From: Candidatus Electrothrix sp. GW3-4
GTDB lineage: Bacteria > Desulfobacterota > Desulfobulbia > Desulfobulbales > Desulfobulbaceae
NCBI RefSeq assembly: GCF_037902255.1
Contig: NZ_CP147990.1
Location: forward strand, 360,001 to 392,000
Direction of reading: 5' to 3'
Length of the DNA: 32,000 nt
In this document: positions 8,331-15,199 of the stretch, one piece after another
Layout: each line of letters begins with the position of its first letter
Numbering within the stretch: position 1 is the stretch's first letter
Position numbers and translations under genes: made by a program
The notes under the pieces: generated by a model
What the model saw: only the letters and a program-made list of their open reading frames with translations
The model's database searches: none
Told to the model about the DNA's origin: nothing

Positions 8331-9083
8331 TTACTTGGAGTTCGGACGCCCGAACTGAATGGCGTCACGGGGGCAGGCGCTTTGGCAGTCCCCGCAGTTG
8401 GTGCAGTTGCTTTCTGCCGGTCGGGTTCCCATGTCGCAGGCACCTTGACAGGCATTGCAGTTGTTGCATTGCTCGGTGGTGTAGAAGCTGAAAAGAACCG
8501 GACGCCTGAACAGCTCCAGCAAGCCGCCAGTGGGGCAGGCAATCCGGCACCAGAGGTTGGAGAAGATGAGCCCGGCAGCGAGAAAAGCGAGCACCGTCAG
8601 GCTGCGGATCAACCAAGCGGTATTTGCGTGTTCAAAGGTCAGGTGGATGGAGTTCATGAACTCGCCGATTCGGATCGGTATTGCCCACCGCGGATTGTTC
8701 AATACGAGCCAGAGTACCAGAGCCGTAAGCAGGGCCAGGTATTTTCCGTACGGAGCAAAGCGATTGAATGCGTTCTTGCCTGCGAGTTTGAACGGCGCCA
8801 CCTTGGCAGAGAGCTGAGATAGCAGTCCTCCAGGGCAGCCCCAGCCACAAAAGGCCCGGCCAAAGAGCAGGCCGATGATGGGCAGGGAAAGCCAGAAACC
8901 CCAAAACAGGCTGGTAATCCTGCCCGAGCAGGTGATGACCGGGCAGCTCTGGCAGTTGAGAAAGGGCACGGCAAAGGGGCACCGGAAAACCCCATAAAAA
9001 GACCATTGGCCGAGCAGCAGGAGCATACCGCCCTGCACCGTACGGCGAAACAGGATCAGACGGCTTTTCTTTTTCTCAGGCAT
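8331..9083 (-). CDS. NapH/MauN-like integral membrane 4Fe-4S (polyferredoxin) protein
   Basis: The protein has TM helices with Cys motifs CPFAVPFLNCQSCP, FCGWGCPGG and WCRIACPTGG. The C-terminus has two ferredoxin motifs, CNNCNACQGACD and CTNCGDCQSACP. Its start overlaps the upstream gene stop (9076-9083). Confidence 0.75.
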   Translation of the reverse strand: MPEKKKSRLILFRRTVQGGMLLLLGQWSFYGVFRCPFAVPFLNCQSCPVITCSGRITSLFWGFWLSLPIIGLLFGRAFCGWGCPGGLLSQLSAKVAPFKLAGKNAFNRFAPYGKYLALLTALVLWLVLNNPRWAIPIRIGEFMNSIHLTFEHANTAWLIRSLTVLAFLAAGLIFSNLWCRIACPTGGLLELFRRPVLFSFYTTEQCNNCNACQGACDMGTRPAESNCTNCGDCQSACPRDAIQFGRPNSK

Positions 9084-9945
9084 CTTTCACCCCTAGTTTT
9101 TCAACCAACTCCTGTCCCTTGGCAGAGAGGGCCGGGATAAATCCCTGTTGTTCAAAGCAGGCCTGTCCCTGTTCCGAGAGGATAAAGGCTATATAGTCAC
9201 GGGCTAAGTCAGGATTCTGGGCATCCTCCATCATGCCGATGGTAAAGGGCAGGGGAGGAGGCGGTTGTTGGTTGTCCGGTAGGGGGACAACCTCAGTTTG
9301 CCCCTGGAAATTGGGAATCCGGGTCAGGCGTTTTTCCACCACAGCCACATCGCCGGTGCCATCAATGACACTTGTCATAATTTCCTGCACGCAGGAACCT
9401 TGAACCACGGTATTGGCCAGGGCTGCGTCTTTCACTCCGGTCTTTTCCAGCAGCTTGAGCACTGCTGCCCCACCAGGCGGTGAGGCATCCGGGGCCAGCA
9501 CCACCTTAACACCGGGCCGGGCCAGATCCTGGATCGTGTTGATCCCGGCTGGATTGCCCTTAGGGGTGATCATGACGTACTGGGTGAAGCAGAGGGGGTT
9601 GAAAAAGACCATCTTGCCCGCAGAGCGGAGCTTCTGAGCCAGTTCTAAAACCCGTCCGGCAAAGACCTCTGTCCGGCCATTGGCCAGGAGGGACTTGCCC
9701 AGGGCCGCAGCAAAGGCCCCGGTATAGCTGATGGTGGTCCCGGTTCGCTCCTCGTAGAGTTGATTGGCCTGCATAAATGCCTCAGCCAAACCACCACAGG
9801 ACCAAACCTGGAGGCTCTGTCCGGCAAACTCGCTGGTTCTAGCCCTCGCTTGGTTCCAGGGAACTGCGCTGGCCAGCATGGCGGCTCCGGCAGTTTTCAG
9901 GAAATCTCTTCGTTGTCCGTTGGTCGAATTACTCCTCGTTACCAT
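9076..9945 (-). CDS. Tat-exported periplasmic substrate-binding protein, ModA (molybdate/tungstate)-like
   Basis: I chose the ATG at 9945, giving MVTRSNSTNGQRRDFLKTAGAAMLASA with a twin-arginine motif. The mature part LQVWSCGGLAEAF..YEERTGTTISYTGAFAAALGKSLL..EVFAG resembles type-II binding proteins of the ModA family. No ABC permease or ATPase gene is nearby. Confidence 0.7.
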   Translation of the reverse strand: MVTRSNSTNGQRRDFLKTAGAAMLASAVPWNQARARTSEFAGQSLQVWSCGGLAEAFMQANQLYEERTGTTISYTGAFAAALGKSLLANGRTEVFAGRVLELAQKLRSAGKMVFFNPLCFTQYVMITPKGNPAGINTIQDLARPGVKVVLAPDASPPGGAAVLKLLEKTGVKDAALANTVVQGSCVQEIMTSVIDGTGDVAVVEKRLTRIPNFQGQTEVVPLPDNQQPPPPLPFTIGMMEDAQNPDLARDYIAFILSEQGQACFEQQGFIPALSAKGQELVEKLGVKDA

Positions 9946-10501
9946 GGTTCTCTCTTTTCTGTTGTTCAGATGTTCAACATTGTGCTCAGCTGGATGCTCA
10001 GGATAACAAGGAGGTCTCGTCTGTTGCGCTTGCGGCGTGATGAAGAAATGAGCTCGCGGAGCAGTAAACGGCATTCCTCAACGCAAGAGCGATGGGTTAA
10101 CTCTCCCGTTGATCCTGTTATCGTGAACAGCAGCTGGGAAATGGATGGAACAGAAAGGGCTGTTTCAATCCTTCAATAACCTTGATGGGCCTGCAAAGGA
10201 CAGGCGAGATCTCATCTACGGCTTCTTGAAGGCTGAAACTCTGAGAAAGTTGGTTCAGGAAGAGAAGAGGGAAATGCGCCTGCGATTCGTCCACCCGACC
10301 CGGGGCGGCTCCTTGCGGCACATTCAGTAAGAAAAGTATAATAAAGCAGTCATATGTGTTGGTGTGTTCATAAGATGGTTCTGCAAAATAACTCGCACAG
10401 TATACGGGAAATTACAGGTTTCGTCAAAGTTCTTTGAGTGACAGATGGATTTGTCTTGATTCTAGGTGGTCGTTATGTGGCGTAGAGAATACTTGCGGAG
10501 T

Positions 10502-10613
10502 AAACTTTGATGGTTTGGCAAAAAGTCAAAAAACGGCAAATCGATAACGATAACTCAATGAGTTGCGAGGTGTTTTTCGCAAAACTGGACTTTTTACGAA
10601 ACCATCAACTTTC
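10502..10613. repeat. about 110-bp element bounded by imperfect 26-bp inverted repeats (REP/MITE-like)
   Basis: The left arm is aaactttgatggtttggcaaaaagtc (10502-10527). The right arm is gactttttacgaaaccatcaactttc (10588-10613). The inner 19 nt match 17/19, and there is an inner hairpin TTGCGA..TCGCAA. Confidence 0.45.
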
Positions 10614-10888
10614 CCAGTCTGATAGCTAGCTGAAACAGCACTTTTGAGTACAAATCTTACCCCGACCTGTGTTCCGCTAGCTGCGTGGTTTGATTTTGTG
10701 TTGTGATAACGGAAGGGGGGATCTCTTTTAGCTAATTTTATCCTTTTTGTACTTGTATACTTTGCTATATACTATAATATACCTTTCATTGACGGGTATT
10801 ACTGAGTAACTTTCTTTGGTTTCGGTATCCGTTTAGTGAATCAATATAAGCGGGTACTTAACTATGAGCAGTACTCAACTTTAATCAT

Positions 10889-11476
10889 ATGAATGGATCA
10901 TTGGACTTAGTTGGAACACATGGGACAACTGTATCACGCTACGAATCAATAGGTTCAGATGGATTTAAATGTCGTAATTCTGGTTTACGCGGAGCAGGTG
11001 CATATTTTTGGGTTAAATCTGCTTACGCAGAGGAACTTGCTGTAGGGTGGTATTTAAAATGCATTAAAGCAGGGACGTTCAGTAAAAACCCAGATAAAAG
11101 ATGTGTTGTTATAACGGCATCATTTGATGTGTTACCTGAGCAATATCTTGATATTGAATCAGATGAAGTAAAAAGCATATTCCTTAATCTTATCAAACAG
11201 CATAATGCTGAGGATTCACGCGAATGCAGTGAAAAATTTTATGATTTGTTTATTGAGCTAATGGAAAAAGAGCTTGATGTAATCATTAAGCTATATAAAG
11301 TTCGTGCTTATGCGCCAACTAAAGCGTTACCAAACTGCTACCCTACTCAGCTTGCCGGGTCTCCGCTATGTTATGTAGCAAGAGATTCGCAATGCATTCT
11401 GATAAATGGAGCTAAAACGTTGGAAAACGTGGGGGTGAAAAATGAAAAACAGCGAGAAGGTAAAGGCAGCAGCTAA
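10889..11476 (+). CDS. hypothetical protein, candidate toxin with ADP-ribosyltransferase-like (H-Y-E / PARP / DUF3990-type) N-terminal motifs
   Basis: This 195-aa ORF is the first in an AT-rich three-gene operon. The motifs are LVGTHGTT...IGSDGF...GLRGAGAYFW. No Shine-Dalgarno sequence is visible. The fold assignment rests on motif resemblance only. Confidence 0.55.
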   Translation: MNGSLDLVGTHGTTVSRYESIGSDGFKCRNSGLRGAGAYFWVKSAYAEELAVGWYLKCIKAGTFSKNPDKRCVVITASFDVLPEQYLDIESDEVKSIFLNLIKQHNAEDSRECSEKFYDLFIELMEKELDVIIKLYKVRAYAPTKALPNCYPTQLAGSPLCYVARDSQCILINGAKTLENVGVKNEKQREGKGSS

Positions 11477-11726
11477 ACGAGTTTTTGACAAGCTGAGCAA
11501 GATGGACTCTGAGGCTTTTAAAGCTCTTCTGGAAACACGTACCGAAGGGGATGTATATAAAAGTATGAAAGAGCTTTATTCATTCGATGAGTGTGGAAAA
11601 ATAACCAATCGTTATGACAATAAATTGCGTATGATTTCCTCTATACCTTCGGGTTTTACAGTAGATTCGTCTTCTACTAATGATTACTCTGTAACGACTG
11701 AACCATTATGGGCATTAGCAGCATAA
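11442..11726 (+). CDS. hypothetical 94-aa protein, candidate antitoxin with chaperone-dependent tail
   Basis: The start is preceded by GGGGGTGA. The ORF overlaps the upstream ORF by 35 nt and the downstream ORF by 19 nt. It has a Lys/Glu-rich N-terminal half that looks helical and a Ser/Thr-rich C-terminal tail ending EPLWALAA. Confidence 0.55.
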   Translation: MKNSEKVKAAAKRVFDKLSKMDSEAFKALLETRTEGDVYKSMKELYSFDECGKITNRYDNKLRMISSIPSGFTVDSSSTNDYSVTTEPLWALAA

Positions 11727-12199
11727 CATCACAATTTCAGTTCGTATCATACAAGGTTGACAGACTTCAATTTGATATCAAACCAGATCTGGCCTTGTTG
11801 GCTAGTACCAGAAATCTGCCTGTTGACATGTGGGATATTGTTTTCTCTATTAGACAACCATCCTTCTTTTCTCAGGAAAAAAGTTACGTAGCGGGGCTTG
11901 ATATTAAAATTGAACTGAAAGCTGACAATGAAAGATCAGATGGAGAGTCAGAATCTTTAATCTCGCTATCTGCTGGAATAGCTGGCCTTTTTCAAGTGTC
12001 AGATGAGCGGCTTGAAGCTGGACTAGAAGAGAAAATAGTAAAAAATCATTTTCCTGTTTTGCTACTGCCTTATTTGCGTTCTACTATAACGTCATTATTG
12101 GCTAACGCAGGTTTTACTCCTTTCATATTTCCGTTAATTAATTTGCACAAATTAACTGAAGATGCGCTTAAAGACATCGAAGTAAAGGTGATTAACTAG
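11708..12199 (+). CDS. SecB-like chaperone (stand-alone paralogue, TAC-type context)
   Basis: The 163-aa product aligns by eye with E. coli SecB. [35 protein letters not shown] aligns with [49 protein letters not shown] aligns with TFQIQRIYTKDISF. Confidence 0.75.
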   Translation: [163 protein letters not shown]

Positions 12200-12220
12200 T
12201 ACAGCGCGGCGCAAATAATC

Positions 12221-12976
12221 CTATGCTTTTAACGGCAACCCATTAAATGTCCATTTGTATGGTTTTGCCATTGTCGCATTAAAGTAATCAATAAAGTCGA
12301 GCAATTTGCTCCTGAGATCTTTTTTTGATGTAAAATTACCTCTTTTAATGATTTTCTTAGTAAGAATACCAAACCAAATTTCTACTTGATTGAGCCATGA
12401 ACAGTGTTTTGGGGTATAAACAAAGCGAATTGCATGGTCTTTCTTCCTGAGAAATTCGGCTCTGCTTTTCATTGATTTCAAAATGCCTTGTTTCCCTTTG
12501 ACGCCTAAATTATCTTTTATTTCGCATAATTCACTGACCAACTTGACAAGTGATTCCGACTTATGAGTATTGAGCTGATCAGCCACAAAGACCCACTCCC
12601 GAGTTTCCGGATCGCTTAATATAAGGCTTCGAATATGTTCGCAAAAATCATGTTCGTCCCGAGTGTCTCCTATGCTGGGAGAGACGACTTCACCGGTCAC
12701 TACGTCAAAGTTTGCAATGAGCGAGAGTGTTCCGTGCCTGATGTACTCAAACTCAATCCGCTCCGGCTTTCCCGGCTCTATCTTTTTTGTCGGATTTTTC
12801 CTCTCAAGAGCCTGTATTCCGGTATTTTCATCAATACTGATGGTTCGCCTGCCGTTTATTACCGCCTTTCGGGGAGCTTCGTGGTATGTTTCACAGACAT
12901 CTTTCACTTCTAAAACAAACAGTTCTTCATTGTCATGATTGGGATTGAGCCAATACCGACTATGATGAGGTTTCAC
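12221..12976 (-). CDS. IS630-family transposase, DDE catalytic part (orfB)
   Basis: KPHHSRYWLNP follows the usual FLK..D[LV]KPH junction. The DDE residues lie in ISIDENTG, FVADQLNTH and SWLNQVEIWF. Confidence 0.8.
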   Translation of the reverse strand: MKPHHSRYWLNPNHDNEELFVLEVKDVCETYHEAPRKAVINGRRTISIDENTGIQALERKNPTKKIEPGKPERIEFEYIRHGTLSLIANFDVVTGEVVSPSIGDTRDEHDFCEHIRSLILSDPETREWVFVADQLNTHKSESLVKLVSELCEIKDNLGVKGKQGILKSMKSRAEFLRKKDHAIRFVYTPKHCSWLNQVEIWFGILTKKIIKRGNFTSKKDLRSKLLDFIDYFNATMAKPYKWTFNGLPLKA

Positions 12977-13517
12977 ATCGGTTTCTTTTTAAAAATCGGC
13001 CCACTTGACGGTCCGAAATTCCAGAGGTTATCCCACGCTTATTGCATTCATCCGCCAATTCCCTACTGCTCCATTGAGAAATTGGACGACCGCTTTCTTC
13101 GGGATGCTCCAGTGCAACTGCTAAAATCTGACAATATTGTTCTGAAGAATAAGTTACTGGTGCTCCCGGACGCGGATTATCTTTTAAAACTTCTCGAATA
13201 CTTTTTTCCAACTGATTGGCATTTTGGGGATCAGTCTCTATTTGCATTAAAGTATCTTGGTTGGCCAGCCACTTGTATCTCCAATGTTTAACCTTGTCGA
13301 TACTGCAACTCATGACTTTTGCAATCTTTGAGTTCGGTTTTCCTTTCTCAATCTCCAATATTAAAGAAGCCCGACTTACCTCACGAAAATCAGCTGTTGA
13401 TTGTCGAGCTATTTTTGACAAAATTTCTTTCTGTTGTTCGGAAACAGCAATTGATGGCGATTTGGGTGTAGGCATTTTCGAATCCATGTGTTGCAAGATT
13501 GTTGTCAATATACGCAA
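12960..13517 (-). CDS. IS630-family transposase, N-terminal HTH part (orfA)
   Basis: The ORF carries HTH-type segments (SEQQKEILSKIARQ..., SKIAKVMSCSIDKVKHWRYKW, ...ISDRQVGRFLKR). It ends in the T5A5 run where the frame changes to orfB. Confidence 0.8.
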   Translation of the reverse strand: MRILTTILQHMDSKMPTPKSPSIAVSEQQKEILSKIARQSTADFREVSRASLILEIEKGKPNSKIAKVMSCSIDKVKHWRYKWLANQDTLMQIETDPQNANQLEKSIREVLKDNPRPGAPVTYSSEQYCQILAVALEHPEESGRPISQWSSRELADECNKRGITSGISDRQVGRFLKRNRCETSS

Positions 13518-13615
13518 TCAAAAAGGATTCATGATACAATATTATTGTGCAAAAAAGCAGTGTTTAATTTACGCTGAGCTGTACTAGACAGTTATGTAAG
13601 TTTTTCTTACAATTG

Positions 13616-13653
13616 ACCGGGTACGTGCTCAGTACGTAACCCGGTTTTAATTT
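13616..13653 (+). terminator. intrinsic terminator, probably the displaced terminator of the SecB-like operon
   Basis: ACCGGGTACGTG-ctcag-TACGTAACCCGGT forms a 12-bp stem with one bulge, followed by TTTTAATTT. It lies 30 nt beyond the right end of the IS. Confidence 0.65.
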
Positions 13654-13766
13654 GTCCCTGCGGTTGTTTAGATTAAATCCCACCTGTAAATAACCCTCAA
13701 TCAGTAGGTTAGCGTGCGTTTGAGGTCACCTGTCATTCTGCGGTATCTTTTCGTGAGCGGCAGGAG

Positions 13767-15194
13767 TTACCTCTTTTCCAGTTTCACCCGGTTCTGTTTG
13801 GCATTATAGCCGTTCCTTGTGATGATTTCATGGAGGAGATCAACCCGTCCTGCCTCCGGCACCTCTGTGGAGAACTCCACTGTTTTATAATCGTGCAGCT
13901 TCGGATTCAGCTCGCTGCGAAAGGTGATATCGCCGTTGTAACTGCGGCGCACAGCCACCTTGATGGGCTTGCCGGTGTAATTACGGATGCGTTGGCTGAA
14001 TTCCTTATGCTCATCCCAACCTGACACCCGGTTTTTTACATCCAGCTGGAGCTCCCTGCTGCCCACCTTGTGATAAATGCTGCCCCCTTTGACCTGCATC
14101 CAGATATTATCCCGGAATGTCTTGAGCCTGATCAGTTCAAAGACGACCTCAGGATCAGGACCGAGATTGAGTTCAATGCGATCCCCGATGGGGACATATT
14201 TGATTTCACGCGAGGTGAGGAAACTGAGACCGCCTTGTCCATTGGCCCGCAGCGCCTGCACCCGGCCATTGGGCAGAGGGGTGGTACCCAGCCCTGATGC
14301 AGTCTCGTTTTCCAGGAGGTAGAGTCGTACCAACTCGTCACCATATTCCCTGGGGCGGTAGCGGTATTCCACCTTGACGGGCACCTTGGCCGCTTCAAAG
14401 CTGCGGAGCCGTTTGGCCCAACCATTGGGAATGGTTTCAGTGCCTTCAATGGTGTAGATGAAGTATTCTCCCAACCCCTCTTTGGCTACTTCCTTGGGTT
14501 CTGCCAGCGCTTCATCTTCCATGACAGCACCTAACGAGAAGATTGCTGCGGGAGCCTCCATCATTTGTCGGGCGGCTTTTTGTTTATAGCCCCTGAAAGT
14601 CTGCTCCTCAAGTACTTCTACCTTGCCTGGTGGAAGCTGGGCCAGTTCGGCAATCTTCTCCACCAGATTAATGTTGCCGACAACCAGGCGCACCTGGGCA
14701 TCTTCGTATTCTTCACCGGACTGGTTATGTATCCGGACAAAGCCCTCCAAGCTCAGGAAGGTCTCCTCTGGGTTGGCAATGGCGGTGTAGTCGGCAGACC
14801 AGCTGATGCCAGAGGTGAAATAGCTGATCTCAATCTTCGCTTCCTGTTCCTGCTCACTGGCTACATTCCAATAGAGCATCTGTGGTTTATCATGGGGGAA
14901 GGTGGTGTCCAGCACCTGGATGGAGTGTGCCTTGCCTGGGAACTGGAGTTCCACTGAGGTCGGGTCGATCAGGGTGTTGGCCCAGGAGAATTGCAAGGGG
15001 TTGATACCTTTTTTGAAGCTGATCACCCGGGTTTCGCGGACCAGGGTCAGGTCTTCCGAGTTATAGATGGTGAGTTGCACCGCGTTGCGTTTGGGCACGG
15101 TTGAGAGATCCAGGTTGCGTGCTGTTGCCGTGCTGCCGAAGGATATAATAAAGGGCGTAAGAACAAGCAGGGCGAGAAAGAGTATTCTTTTCAT
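13767..15194 (-). CDS. secreted DUF4139/DUF4140-like (MuiA-type) protein
   Basis: I chose the ATG at 15194, giving MKRILFLALLVLTPFIISFG with a signal peptide. The N-terminal pattern VQLTIYNSEDLTLVRETRVISFKKGINPLQFSWANTLIDPTSVELQF is typical of this family. Confidence 0.65.
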   Translation of the reverse strand: MKRILFLALLVLTPFIISFGSTATARNLDLSTVPKRNAVQLTIYNSEDLTLVRETRVISFKKGINPLQFSWANTLIDPTSVELQFPGKAHSIQVLDTTFPHDKPQMLYWNVASEQEQEAKIEISYFTSGISWSADYTAIANPEETFLSLEGFVRIHNQSGEEYEDAQVRLVVGNINLVEKIAELAQLPPGKVEVLEEQTFRGYKQKAARQMMEAPAAIFSLGAVMEDEALAEPKEVAKEGLGEYFIYTIEGTETIPNGWAKRLRSFEAAKVPVKVEYRYRPREYGDELVRLYLLENETASGLGTTPLPNGRVQALRANGQGGLSFLTSREIKYVPIGDRIELNLGPDPEVVFELIRLKTFRDNIWMQVKGGSIYHKVGSRELQLDVKNRVSGWDEHKEFSQRIRNYTGKPIKVAVRRSYNGDITFRSELNPKLHDYKTVEFSTEVPEAGRVDLLHEIITRNGYNAKQNRVKLEKR

Positions 15195-15199
15195 AGCGA

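Larger units (their letters stand above)
12199..13584 (-). mobile_element. IS630-family insertion sequence (1386 bp)
   Basis: The terminal inverted repeats are GTACAGCGCGGCGCAAAT (12199-12216) and the rc of 13567-13584, GTACAGCTCAGCGTAAAT (15/18 match). They are flanked by TA at 12197-12198 and 13585-13586, the expected TA target duplication. The element encodes HTH and DDE transposase ORFs. Confidence 0.85.

Noticed and set aside
10118-10330. 67-aa minus-strand ORF (10118..10321) and 61-aa plus-strand ORF (10145..10330) upstream of the Tat binding-protein gene
   Set aside because: They overlap each other almost completely. Neither has a convincing RBS or recognisable motif. I treat this as the leader/promoter region of the operon.
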